A stretch of DNA of 64,000 nucleotides from an uncultured Clostridia bacterium (GCA_947600065.1 CANQFZ010000004.1:9351-73350), one strand, 5' to 3'. Numbered from the stretch's first letter, positions 1 through 9,349 are shown. Notes: a model not told the origin generated them from the letters alone. A program made the numbers and translations.

Positions 1-91
1 CGAAGGGTTTAAAGATTATAACCAGTGGGAAAATATGCGCTATGCGTTTGTAAACGACGGACTAAAAAAACAAGGTATCAAAATTTTCTGA
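1..91 (+). CDS. 3' end of an upstream gene cut by the window edge
   Basis: Open frame from base 2 (EGFKDYNQWENMRYAFVNDGLKKQGIKIF) ending at TGA 89-91, 17 nt before the next ATG. Product unknown; DUF58 genes often precede transglutaminase genes. Confidence 0.5.
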   Translation, partial: EGFKDYNQWENMRYAFVNDGLKKQGIKIF

Positions 92-108
92 GGTAAATTT
101 CAAACCAA

Positions 109-2745
109 ATGTCTAAAAACAAAAGATCTGATTTTATTCTTGTATTCGACAGGTATTTTTCCAAAAAGCCGAATGCTTTCATATCCGCGCTGATAAGGGC
201 GCTGTATTGCTTTCTTGAAGCGCTTTGTATGATATTCTGCCTGCTCGGTATCTACGAAATTCCCGCAAACCCGTTTATTGTGATAATTTTGTGCGCTTTA
301 TTTACGGCGGGCTTCAGCGTTTTATTCAGCTTCGTAAAAAAGCGGATAGCTATCCCGTGTATGGCAGGGCTTGGGATAATGATAGTCTATATATTCCGAG
401 AGCCAATTTGGAAAAAGTTTACATATTTTATAGACGCGGTATTCAGGGCGCTCGACGGCTATGTTTTCAGCATGCAGCGTTATTTGTGGCACCCGAGACT
501 GACAGCAAACAACGAAGAGGAAATATTGTTTACGCTCGTGGGCGTTATATGCATTTTGTCACTTATCTGCGCGGCGTCTATGTTTAAAAAGCCGAGCGGC
601 GTTGCCCCGCTCACGGCTTTTGTCGTGCTGTTTTTGCCAATGCTTGCAGCGCAAAAGCTGAGCTTTAATTTCTGGCTCATACCGACCGTGGCGCTCATTG
701 TCGGCAGCTTTGCCGCGTCAAAAGCGTTTTCCGGCGGCATAATAACGCGCGGAGGAATTTACGGCGGCTGTAAAAAAGCGCTGAAACAAGAAGAACGTTC
801 TTTCGGCACAAGCCTTAAAAAAGTTCCGCGCCTTAAAGCTGCGGAGCTTCGCACCGTGCATTATTCAAAGTATTTTTCCGCTTCGATTTGCGCAGCGGCG
901 ATTTTTACGGCTACGGGAATATTAGCCTCGGCAATTATGAGCGGCAAACAGGGTATGGATTTTAACCCTGTTATTGATTTTTTCATGCAATTCTCCGTTC
1001 CCGTCTACGATAACGAAGATGACGACGGCGATCTTTTCGGTTCGAGCTATTTTTCCGACAGGTTTGATAACACTTTAAGCATAAACGCCCCTAATCAAAA
1101 CGATCGCGAAGTTCTCAGAGTTTCAAACGAGGGAGAAGCTGTCTATCTTCACGGCGACATCGGAATTAAATTCGATGGAAGAAAATGGACCTCTCCCGTC
1201 TATTCCGAGCTCCCAAATCTCCCGAAGTCATACCGCCCGTTTGAAGCGAGGACGCTGGATATCAATATCGGAACTGTTGATTATACAAAGAAAGGTTTTA
1301 TAAAAGAATATCTGGTGGAACTGGATTATGTCGTACAGACCAACGTTGCGTTTGCGCCGACATATTCGGATCATTATACCGGCTTTTACGATTCGGGCAA
1401 TTATGATGTCTATGGCGATTTTGTTCTGAGAAGCAAAGAGCCCCAAAAAACCACAAGCTTTGTTGCAGGCGATTATTTCCTGAATTATACCGGAGATGAC
1501 AGACAACAAAAAGTAGACAATATGGCAAAAATCGTCCGTATTATTGATGGCGAATATTTTCCTTTTTCCAAGATTTTTGATATGTATACGACAGATAGCG
1601 GTTCTTATCAGCGTTATCTTGATTATGTAAATGAAACCTATTTGGACGTTCCGAGAAATATGAAGACCGATATAGACGCATATCTCAGGGACAATAAATT
1701 ATATACGCCAAACCTGCAGAATCGCCCGGTGAGTGAACAATATAAAAAGTGCCTTGACATAACCGACTATCTGAAAAATAATTTTACTTATTCTCTTGAT
1801 ACAAACAACGGCTATACAAACCCCGTTATGACTTTTCTCAAAAATACAAAGAGCGGACACTGCGCGCTTTTTGCAAGTTCAATGACGCTTATGGTGCGCC
1901 AGCTCGGACTTCCCGCGAGATATTGCACGGGCTTTATCGCTCCGCATACGGGATTGGGAAATGAAACAACGCTTTACAGCAACGACCTTCACGCATGGTG
2001 CGAGGTCTATTTTGAAGAAGTAGGCTGGGTGTTGTTTGACCCGACGAGCGTTTCTTTAAGAGGAGACGGCGAAAGCTCTGCTTCTGTTGACAGCGAAAGC
2101 TCCGACCAAGAAAGCTCCGATACCGAAAGTTCCGACGAAGAAAGCAAAATCGAAAACTCCGAGGAAAGCGAGATATCCGACAGCGAAACAAACGACAGTG
2201 AAACTTCCGATTCGGAAGATATCAGCGACAGCAAAGACAGCGCCGACAGCGACGCTTTGTCCTCTGATATAACAGGAAAAGATGATGACAGCGTAAATAT
2301 TCTGCCGTTTGTGCTTATATTGTTTTTAGTTGCAATTGTCGCAGTGGTTGTTACAGTATGCGTTTATATGTACCGAAAACTTGACAGACAGGCAAAAGAA
2401 ACGCTCGACAGAGCAGGCAATTTCGGCGACTGTGAACAGCTCTATGCTCAGATATTGGAGATATTAAAGCTGTGCGGATATACCCAGCGTACAGGCGAAC
2501 AGCCCGACAGCTTCTTCGCCCGCGTCGACAGGCACTTTAGAACAAAGCTTTCAAAGCATAGCCGAACGCTTTTAAAGGTTGCGTTTGCAAAAGGCAAATT
2601 CGGCGGCAGCGAGCTTTCCGAGACAGCCGCCCTGCTCAAAGACCTTTTCACTGCCGCAGACCAACAGCTTTTGATCTATGGGCGCATAAAACTCCGCAGG
2701 ATAGTAATAGGCAATAATGATCATTCCGGGAATAAACAAAAATAA
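109..2745 (+). CDS. Transglutaminase-like (TgpA-type) multi-pass membrane protein
   Basis: N-terminal TM helices; catalytic-type motifs GHCALFASSM and HAWCEVY...GWVLFDPT; Ser/Asp/Glu-rich linker followed by a C-terminal TM helix. Confidence 0.85.
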   Translation: MSKNKRSDFILVFDRYFSKKPNAFISALIRALYCFLEALCMIFCLLGIYEIPANPFIVIILCALFTAGFSVLFSFVKKRIAIPCMAGLGIMIVYIFREPIWKKFTYFIDAVFRALDGYVFSMQRYLWHPRLTANNEEEILFTLVGVICILSLICAASMFKKPSGVAPLTAFVVLFLPMLAAQKLSFNFWLIPTVALIVGSFAASKAFSGGIITRGGIYGGCKKALKQEERSFGTSLKKVPRLKAAELRTVHYSKYFSASICAAAIFTATGILASAIMSGKQGMDFNPVIDFFMQFSVPVYDNEDDDGDLFGSSYFSDRFDNTLSINAPNQNDREVLRVSNEGEAVYLHGDIGIKFDGRKWTSPVYSELPNLPKSYRPFEARTLDINIGTVDYTKKGFIKEYLVELDYVVQTNVAFAPTYSDHYTGFYDSGNYDVYGDFVLRSKEPQKTTSFVAGDYFLNYTGDDRQQKVDNMAKIVRIIDGEYFPFSKIFDMYTTDSGSYQRYLDYVNETYLDVPRNMKTDIDAYLRDNKLYTPNLQNRPVSEQYKKCLDITDYLKNNFTYSLDTNNGYTNPVMTFLKNTKSGHCALFASSMTLMVRQLGLPARYCTGFIAPHTGLGNETTLYSNDLHAWCEVYFEEVGWVLFDPTSVSLRGDGESSASVDSESSDQESSDTESSDEESKIENSEESEISDSETNDSETSDSEDISDSKDSADSDALSSDITGKDDDSVNILPFVLILFLVAIVAVVVTVCVYMYRKLDRQAKETLDRAGNFGDCEQLYAQILEILKLCGYTQRTGEQPDSFFARVDRHFRTKLSKHSRTLLKVAFAKGKFGGSELSETAALLKDLFTAADQQLLIYGRIKLRRIVIGNNDHSGNKQK

Positions 2746-2749
2746 AAAT

Positions 2750-2878
2750 CAGTCTGTATAAAAAGTCTAATTTCAGACTGTAGAGAAAGCCACAGATGCT
2801 AGGAAGCGGTGCTGCGGCTAGGCTTTGTGCCTGCCGCAGTGCCGCTGACGCCGCAGATGGGGCTTTATATACAGTCTG
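2750..2878 (-). mobile_element. MITE-like repeat copy 1 (short form, 129 bp)
   Basis: Reverse complement reads CAGACTGTATATAAAGCCCC...GACTTTTTATACAGACTG; flanked by AAAAAT on both sides. Confidence 0.8.
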
Positions 2879-2934
2879 AAAAATTGCCGACAAGATAAGC
2901 TGTTTTAAATTTGTACACTTTTTTAAAAAAAGTG

Positions 2935-2963
2935 TTGATTTTCGGACACAACGGTGTTATAAT
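2935..2963 (+). promoter_or_regulatory. SigA-type promoter
   Basis: TTGATT-17 nt-TATAAT upstream of the 3059 gene. Confidence 0.65.
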
Positions 2964-3058
2964 TTAATTGAGGGAATATGATAAAAAATCACGTTTCCTC
3001 GCGGAAAACCGACTAGCAAAAAAGAGTGTGAAATTTTACATAGAAAGAGGCTGTTGTT

Positions 3059-3985
3059 ATGAGACTGATAACTCGTTCTGATTTCGACGGACTTGCCTGC
3101 GGCGCGCTGTTGTTGAGCGCGGGAGTAGTTGATAGCTGGACTTTTGCTCACCCAAAGGATATTCAGGACGGACTTGTTCCCGTTACGGAAAACGACTGTC
3201 TTGCAAATGTTCCTTTTGTAGAGGGCTGCGGACTTTGGTTCGACCACCATTCGAGCGAAGAAGAGCGTATCCGTTATAAAGGCAAATACAAAGGCGAAAG
3301 CCGTATAACTCCGAGCTGTGCGCGTATTATTTACGAATATTACGGCGGCAAGGAGCGCTTTCCGAATTTCGACGACCTTATGGAAGCCGTAGATAAAGTA
3401 GACAGCGGAAACCTTACGAGAGATGAGATATTAGACCCGCACGGCTGGATACTTGTAGGCTTTCTTATGGATCCGAGAACAGGTCTGGGACGTTTCAGAA
3501 ACTTTACGATAAGCAACTATCAGCTTATGGAAAAGCTCCTGAAATGCTGTTCGTATATGACGACCGAGGAGATCCTCGCAATGCCAGATATACAGGAGAG
3601 AATAAAGCTCTACAACGAGCAGACGGAGCTCTTTAAGGAAATGGTATACGCGCATACGAGGATAGAGGGCGACGTTATAATAAGCGATCTTCGCGGAGTA
3701 GACCCCATATACACGGGAAACCGTTTTCTCATTTATTCGCTCTATCCCGACCAGAACATAAGCTGCTGGATAGTTGACGGAAAGGGTGGAAAGGGTTGCT
3801 CGTGCGCGGTGGGATATTCGATATTGACGAGAACTTCTCATGTAAACGTCGGACGTCTTATGCTCAAATACGGCGGCGGCGGACATATGGCGGTCGGAAC
3901 CTGCCAGTTCACTGATGAAGAGGCGCCGACAAAAGTCCCAGAGCTTTTAAATGAGCTTGTAAATTACGATAAGCTGTATAAATAA
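3059..3985 (+). CDS. DHH-like phosphoesterase (exopolyphosphatase/nanoRNase-like)
   Basis: MRLITRSDFDGLAC, WFDHH and GGGGH motifs; RBS GAAAGAGG. Confidence 0.75.
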   Translation: MRLITRSDFDGLACGALLLSAGVVDSWTFAHPKDIQDGLVPVTENDCLANVPFVEGCGLWFDHHSSEEERIRYKGKYKGESRITPSCARIIYEYYGGKERFPNFDDLMEAVDKVDSGNLTRDEILDPHGWILVGFLMDPRTGLGRFRNFTISNYQLMEKLLKCCSYMTTEEILAMPDIQERIKLYNEQTELFKEMVYAHTRIEGDVIISDLRGVDPIYTGNRFLIYSLYPDQNISCWIVDGKGGKGCSCAVGYSILTRTSHVNVGRLMLKYGGGGHMAVGTCQFTDEEAPTKVPELLNELVNYDKLYK

Positions 3986-3999
3986 TTTTTTTGGCAACA

Positions 4000-4022
4000 A
4001 AGAGCCGCAGGTTTGCGGCTCT
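4000..4022 (+). terminator. Hairpin after the DHH gene
   Basis: AGAGCCGC-AGGTTT-GCGGCTCT; no T-tract follows because the MITE abuts it. Confidence 0.45.
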
Positions 4023-4151
4023 CAGACTGTATATAAAGCCCCATCTGCGTTGTCAGCGCAGCTACGGCAGGCACAAAGCCTAGCCGTAGCCACGCTTCCT
4101 AGCATTTGGGGCTTTCTCTACAGTCTGAAGTTTGACTTTTTATACAAGCTG
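4023..4151 (+). mobile_element. MITE-like repeat copy 2 (short form, 129 bp)
   Basis: Same termini and core hairpin as copy 1; no exact adjacent duplication. Confidence 0.8.
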
Positions 4152-4214
4152 GGAGCAGCAGGTTTTATTTGCTTTCGGTCAATTTTACATCTCCCGAAAA
4201 TAATTTAAAATATA

Positions 4215-4243
4215 TTGACAAAAGTTGTAAGGTGTGCTATAAT
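4215..4243 (+). promoter_or_regulatory. Consensus SigA promoter
   Basis: TTGACA-17 nt-TATAAT. Confidence 0.85.
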
Positions 4244-4247
4244 GAGA

Positions 4248-4423
4248 GTTGCGAAACAACTTAATATAACTTTTAGGGGAAGTGTACACTTTGCCATATG
4301 GTAAAAGTGCATTCTCTTATTTTCGTATGCTTTTTCTGAAAGTTATAACGAAGTTGTTTCGCAGCAATCGGAGCTTGCATTTTTACAAGTGCGCGGCTCT
4401 GACGCTGCGCACTTTTTGTTTTT
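4248..4423 (+). ncRNA. Candidate small RNA (6S-like long irregular hairpin) or attenuated leader
   Basis: Starts at the predicted TSS; GTTGCGAAACAACTT pairs with AAGTTGTTTCGCAGC and TATAACTTT with AAAGTTATA; ends in an intrinsic terminator. Confidence 0.5.
4387..4423 (+). terminator. Intrinsic terminator
   Basis: AAGTGCGCGGC-loop-GCTGCGCACTT followed by T-rich tract. Confidence 0.75.
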
Positions 4424-4483
4424 GCGGGGAAATTGCGCGGCGAAATAATATTATACCGCAAAAAGAAAACGGAGGAGAAAAAT

Positions 4484-6337
4484 ATGAAACTTAAAAAAAT
4501 TGCCGCGTCGGTTCTGGCGGCAACGGTCGCTTTTTCAACAGTCGCTTACAGCTCGATAGCTGAAGAAGTTAAAAGCGAAAAAATCGCGCTTGTGACTTCT
4601 GAGCTTAAAACAGAGATAAAGTCCGACTTGGTCTTTATAGAGGGAATAGGCGTTGTTGATATCACGGGCGTGGGTATTGCCTCAAGCGAAAACGGAAACG
4701 CTGATGAAGACGCAAATCTTGACGTAAGCTTTGAAGATATCGGCTATATCAGCGGGGAGAGCCTTAAAGCCTGGAAAGAAACAGGCGAGCTTAAAGTAGA
4801 AAAACTCAAAGCCGATTTTGACACCACGGGTTTGAAGTGGGGAATGTTCAACGGCTCGAACGGTTATGTTCAGCTTGTAAAAATGGAAAAACAGAAGGTC
4901 GAGGGCAGCGACGAAGAAGAGAACGTTGTTACATACAGAGGGCTTTATAAAATCGAAAACGGGGAAATAAAACACCTCTGCGACCTTGACAATTTCTGGA
5001 CTTGGACAAGAGTGGACGGTATTTCTGTCGGAGTAGATTATAAAATAGAAGATGTTACCATTACTGAAATAAATAATTATAAAGAAGATTGGGATTCTGA
5101 AGTTAATGAGCAATTGATTACTGAAGTAAATGTAACCATAACTCAACCAGACGGCACAAAAGAAACAAAAACGGTCGCTAAAGCGGATTTAAAAGACAGA
5201 GAGTTTGTTATAGAGTATGATGAATATTGGGAAACCACAAATGTTGAAATAGACAAACAGCATGTACTTTATCCCCATATATCCTGCCCGACAAGCGGTG
5301 ATGAACTTTATAGTATAGCTTGTGAGTATCCGTCTATTGCGAACTATCTTTCTGTTCCTGACGGAATTAGATACACAATAACAAAATATTTTAAAGACGG
5401 TACAGAAAAACTTATATACGAAAGCGACTTGAAACATAGCGAGTATGGTTATGACTATTATCCCGATTGTCTGATTGATATACAAGGCTTTAGCAATGGC
5501 AGTGTAATTTGGTATACCGATGATAATATTGTAAAAGAAGGTCTTAACCCCGAAACAGTTTATGCTTATGACGGAGAAACCGGAGAAATAACTGTACAAA
5601 AAAACGAAGTTCAAACCAATCAAAAAGATGAAGACGGAAACAACATAACGCTTTATTTACCCAGATCAATAGATGTAAGGCAAGTAGGAAAAAATGCTAT
5701 TATAGCTAAGATTTTGCCCTCTGTTTATTATAACGGAGAATTTGATTATGATAATCCTCAATATGTATTGTTCAAAGATATTAAAGACTTTTTAAACGGA
5801 GATTATAAAACACGTTATAAAAACTTAGAAATTGCAGTAGAAGAAGATAATCTGTATTTGTTTGAAACGTATAGCGGGAAGATTGGCTACATGGATGAAA
5901 ACGAAAAAGTCCTCGGTGAGTTTGACGCTACAGACGGCTTCGTAGGCAAGTACGCTCCCGTTGTAAAGGACGGCAAGGCTTACCTTGTTGACAAGGATAT
6001 GAAGGCAGTTTCGACAGAAATCGAGGCTGATGATGTCATAGCGATCGACGAGGATCTTTTCCTCGCAAAGAAAGGCGACACGACCTACTTTGTAACATAT
6101 CAGAATGAAGAAAAAGAGCCCGCTGACAGCTCGGACAGCGAATCAAGCTCTGACAGTGAAACTTTATCTGACAACAGCACCGACAACAGCGGTTCGGATA
6201 GTGAGACATCTTCCGACAGCAATTCAAGCGGCAGCGGCGCAACCTCTCCCGATACCGGCGTTGCAGGACTTTCTCTCACGCTCGGCGTTATCGCCCTCGC
6301 AGGCGCGGCAGTAGTTATTTCAAGAAAGAAACACTGA
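4484..6337 (+). CDS. Secreted, cell-wall-anchored surface protein (sortase-type signal SPDTG)
   Basis: RBS GGAGGAG and ATG at 4484; signal peptide MKLKKIAASVLAATVAFS; Ser/Asp linker; SPDTG + hydrophobic helix + RKKH tail. Confidence 0.8.
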   Translation: MKLKKIAASVLAATVAFSTVAYSSIAEEVKSEKIALVTSELKTEIKSDLVFIEGIGVVDITGVGIASSENGNADEDANLDVSFEDIGYISGESLKAWKETGELKVEKLKADFDTTGLKWGMFNGSNGYVQLVKMEKQKVEGSDEEENVVTYRGLYKIENGEIKHLCDLDNFWTWTRVDGISVGVDYKIEDVTITEINNYKEDWDSEVNEQLITEVNVTITQPDGTKETKTVAKADLKDREFVIEYDEYWETTNVEIDKQHVLYPHISCPTSGDELYSIACEYPSIANYLSVPDGIRYTITKYFKDGTEKLIYESDLKHSEYGYDYYPDCLIDIQGFSNGSVIWYTDDNIVKEGLNPETVYAYDGETGEITVQKNEVQTNQKDEDGNNITLYLPRSIDVRQVGKNAIIAKILPSVYYNGEFDYDNPQYVLFKDIKDFLNGDYKTRYKNLEIAVEEDNLYLFETYSGKIGYMDENEKVLGEFDATDGFVGKYAPVVKDGKAYLVDKDMKAVSTEIEADDVIAIDEDLFLAKKGDTTYFVTYQNEEKEPADSSDSESSSDSETLSDNSTDNSGSDSETSSDSNSSGSGATSPDTGVAGLSLTLGVIALAGAAVVISRKKH

Positions 6338-6439
6338 TAACTTCAGACGTTTTCATAATACCCTTCTTTAACACAGGCACACCCAAACGAAAGTTTGGGT
6401 GCGCGGCTTGTCTGACTATATCGGCATAAACAATATTCG

Positions 6440-6471
6440 GCGGCAGTCCTTTCGGGGATTGCCGCTTTTTT
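6440..6471 (+). terminator. Intrinsic terminator
   Basis: GCGGCAGTCC-TTTCG-GGGATTGCCGC-TTTTTT. Confidence 0.8.
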
Positions 6472-6488
6472 ATTGAAACGTCTTTCGC

Positions 6489-6517
6489 TTGACAAAACTC
6501 AAAAACTGTGATACAAT
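6489..6517 (+). promoter_or_regulatory. SigA promoter
   Basis: TTGACA-17 nt-TACAAT. Confidence 0.75.
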
Positions 6518-6534
6518 AAAATGGGGCTGATTTT

Positions 6535-6975
6535 ATGGAGTACCTTATTGTCGCGGCATTGGCGGCTGTAATATTGTGGTGTGTCGGATTCAGCGTGGGC
6601 GATATTGCGACGATGTTTGCCGTGCTCTTGTGCGCGGCGATCGTCCTGGTGGGACTGTTTTTCGTGTTTGCGCTTGTCGTCCTGCTAAGCTCTCATAAAG
6701 CCTCCGCAAGCTTTGTGAAAATGAACGACGACGGGCGCTATCCCTGCGCAGTGTATAAAATAGGCGACAGCGAGTTCAAAAATCTGTTTCCGAGCGAAAT
6801 GATAATGAAAGACCGCCTTTATGTAAAGGATAAGGAAATAGATATAAGAAAGTGTTCGTTTATAAAAGCAGTTTTAGATAAAAACGCCGTTATGACCATA
6901 ATCATAGGGAGCGCGGTATTTATCCCGCTCTCCGTTGCGGTCATTTTCGCGATGAAATGGTTTTTCGGTTTATGA
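6535..6975 (+). CDS. Hypothetical membrane protein
   Basis: 146 aa with N- and C-terminal hydrophobic segments; downstream of a promoter. Confidence 0.7.
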   Translation: MEYLIVAALAAVILWCVGFSVGDIATMFAVLLCAAIVLVGLFFVFALVVLLSSHKASASFVKMNDDGRYPCAVYKIGDSEFKNLFPSEMIMKDRLYVKDKEIDIRKCSFIKAVLDKNAVMTIIIGSAVFIPLSVAVIFAMKWFFGL

Positions 6976-6982
6976 GGTAATT

Positions 6983-7675
6983 ATGAGCAATATAACTTAC
7001 GAGTATATCAAAAGAAATAAAGACGTTCAGACTTATATAAACTACGCCGACGCGGCGCTTATGTCCATAGGCTATACCGAGCATTCAAACGCCCATGTCG
7101 AGCGCGCCGCGGCAAAGGCTTATATGATACTGAACACACTGGGCTATGACGAAAGGACGTGCGAGCTGGCGCAGATAGCGGCTTATATGCACGATATAGG
7201 GAACGTAGTAAACCGTGTCGGTCACGCGCAGACAGGCGCAGTTATGGCGTTCAGACTTCTGGACAGACTGGGAATGCCCGCGGACGAGATAGCGAGGGTA
7301 GTGTCCGCTATAGGAAATCACGACGAGGGAGCTGCCGCTCCCGTAACGCCCATTGCCGCCGCGCTTATCATTGCGGATAAATCGGACGTAAGGCGGTCGA
7401 GGGTGCGCGGTGAAAACGGAGAGAGCTTTGTTCCGAGCAGCGAAAACCTCGCAAAGGATATCCACGACCGCGTGAATTACGCCGTGGAAAGTTCGGAGCT
7501 TAAATTTTCCGACGACAAGAAAAGCCTTGTGCTTAGCCTTGAAATAGATCTTAATATAAGCTCGGTCATGGAGTATTTCGAGATCTTTATTTCAAGAATG
7601 AATTTGTGCAGGACTGCCGCAAAATCCCTCGGCGTTAATTTTGAAGTCATTGTAAACAATTCAAGGATTTTGTGA
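6983..7675 (+). CDS. HD-domain phosphohydrolase
   Basis: TEHSNAH...MHDIGN...GNHD...ADKSD motifs. Confidence 0.85.
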   Translation: MSNITYEYIKRNKDVQTYINYADAALMSIGYTEHSNAHVERAAAKAYMILNTLGYDERTCELAQIAAYMHDIGNVVNRVGHAQTGAVMAFRLLDRLGMPADEIARVVSAIGNHDEGAAAPVTPIAAALIIADKSDVRRSRVRGENGESFVPSSENLAKDIHDRVNYAVESSELKFSDDKKSLVLSLEIDLNISSVMEYFEIFISRMNLCRTAAKSLGVNFEVIVNNSRIL

Positions 7676-7741
7676 CAAATAACGAATTTTTTGTACAATA
7701 TTTGTGATATTTTAACAAATTCAAAAAATATTAAAAACCCC

Positions 7742-7770
7742 TTGCAATTCAATGAAATTTATAGTACAAT
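7742..7770 (+). promoter_or_regulatory. SigA promoter of the pur operon
   Basis: TTGCAA-17 nt-TACAAT, about 185 nt upstream of purE. Confidence 0.65.
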
Positions 7771-7894
7771 ATATATGGGCTTATTCTATAATTTGTTCCA
7801 CAATTTAAAGGGAGTAGACTGATATGGTATCTTTATGCGTTTTAAGGAAAAAATCGGCTCTTTATTATTATGGAATAAGTGCATAAAAAATTAA

Positions 7895-7927
7895 AGCCGT
7901 ATTTCATATAAAGTACGGCTGTTTTTA
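7895..7927 (+). terminator. Terminator-like hairpin in the purE leader
   Basis: AGCCGTA-loop-TACGGCT-GTTTTT lying between the promoter and purE. Confidence 0.55.
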
Positions 7928-7956
7928 TTTGAATTATCTGAAAGGAATTATTTGCT

Positions 7957-8475
7957 ATGGCTTTGAAAAAGGTTGCGGTCATTATGGGAAGCGACAGCGA
8001 TCTGCCTGTCGTTAAAAAAGCTCTTGAGGAGCTGAAGAGGCATAAAGTTGAATATGAGTGCCACGTTATGTCTGCGCACAGAACTCCCGCGCTTGCGTGC
8101 GATTTTGCGAAAAGCGCAAAGGAAAACGGCTTCGGCGTTATCATCTGCGCGGCGGGAATGGCGGCGCACCTTGCGGGAATTGTCGCGGCAAACACGACCC
8201 TGCCCGTTATAGGCATACCGTGCAGCTCTAAAAACTTCGACGGAATGGACGCGCTTCTTGCGACGGTACAAATGCCCTCGGGCATACCCGTTGCGACGGT
8301 GGCGGTAGACGGAGCGAAAAATGCGGCAATACTCGCCGTTCAGATACTTGCGCTCGGCGACGAGGAGCTTTCAAAAATGCTCGAGGAAAGCAAGCGCGAA
8401 ATGGCTCAGACGGTTTCCGATAAGGACGCAAAACTCCAGAAGGAGCTTGACTCTATAGGAACGTTAAGTTTTTGA
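7957..8475 (+). CDS. purE: N5-CAIR mutase
   Basis: IMGSDSD, SAHRTP, AGMAAHLAG, PVIGIP and QMPSGIPVATV motifs. Confidence 0.97.
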   Translation: MALKKVAVIMGSDSDLPVVKKALEELKRHKVEYECHVMSAHRTPALACDFAKSAKENGFGVIICAAGMAAHLAGIVAANTTLPVIGIPCSSKNFDGMDALLATVQMPSGIPVATVAVDGAKNAAILAVQILALGDEELSKMLEESKREMAQTVSDKDAKLQKELDSIGTLSF

Positions 8476-8526
8476 TTTGTAAATAATTGCAGGATAATGC
8501 AAAAAAATAAAAAGGAGATCTTAACT

Positions 8527-9246
8527 ATGGATTACACAAAGGAACAGCAGCTCTACGAGGGCAAGGCAAAGAAAGTTTTCGCGACAAACGACCCCGATTA
8601 TGTCATTGTTGACTATAAGGACGACGCGACAGCTTTCAACGGCGAGAAAAAAGGAACGATAGTAGGAAAAGGCGTTATAAACAACAAGATGACAAACTAT
8701 ATGTTTGCAATGCTCGAAAAAGAGGGCGTGCCGACGCATCTTGTAAAAGAGCTTTCCGACAGAGAAACTCTTGTTAAAAAGGTAGAGATAGTGCCGCTTG
8801 AAGTTATCGTTAGAAACGTTGCGGCAGGAAGCTTTTCCAAAAAGCTCGGCATTGCCGAGGGTACTCCCTTAAAGTGCCCGACGTTGGAATTCAGCTATAA
8901 GAACGACGAGCTGGGCGATCCGTTTATAAACGATTATTATGCGCTTGGTCTCGGGCTTGCGACAAAGGAAGAACTTGATACTATCGCAAAATATGCTTTT
9001 AAGGTAAACGAGTTTATGCTCGGATTTTTCAAGAAGATAAATGTTGACCTTATTGATTTCAAGATAGAGTTCGGACGTTTCCACGGGCAGATACTTCTCG
9101 CGGACGAAATTTCTCCCGACACCTGCCGTTTCTGGGACAGCACGACCCACGAAAAGCTCGACAAGGACCGTTTCCGCCGCGATATGGGCGGCGTCGAGGA
9201 CGCATACAATGAAATGATGAAGAGGATAATGAGCACAAAAGATTGA
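8527..9246 (+). CDS. purC: SAICAR synthase
   Basis: [17 protein letters not shown] and [14 protein letters not shown] motifs; RBS AAGGAG before ATG 8527. Confidence 0.97.
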   Translation: MDYTKEQQLYEGKAKKVFATNDPDYVIVDYKDDATAFNGEKKGTIVGKGVINNKMTNYMFAMLEKEGVPTHLVKELSDRETLVKKVEIVPLEVIVRNVAAGSFSKKLGIAEGTPLKCPTLEFSYKNDELGDPFINDYYALGLGLATKEELDTIAKYAFKVNEFMLGFFKKINVDLIDFKIEFGRFHGQILLADEISPDTCRFWDSTTHEKLDKDRFRRDMGGVEDAYNEMMKRIMSTKD

Positions 9247-9300
9247 TTTTTAATTGTGCAATAAAACAAGGTAAGGAAGATAAAGAACGTTTGACCAAAA

Positions 9301-9349
9301 CTCTTACTTCTTACATCTAACCTCTTACCTCTAATCTCTTACATCTGAA
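9301..9349. repeat. Heptamer tandem repeat, family A (consensus CTCTTAC), 7 units
   Basis: ctcttac ttcttac atctaac ctcttac ctctaat ctcttac atctgaa. Confidence 0.85.

Noticed and set aside
4990-5880. Diversity-generating retroelement or shufflon as the cause of the variable surface-protein segment
   Set aside because: No reverse transcriptase, invertase, template repeat or inversion sites are seen in the window
7800-7865. Assignment of the pur leader to a known riboswitch (purine, ZTP, PRPP, THF, yybP-ykoY)
   Set aside because: Only short fragments such as GGGAGTAG resemble known motifs; the core consensus elements are missing by eye
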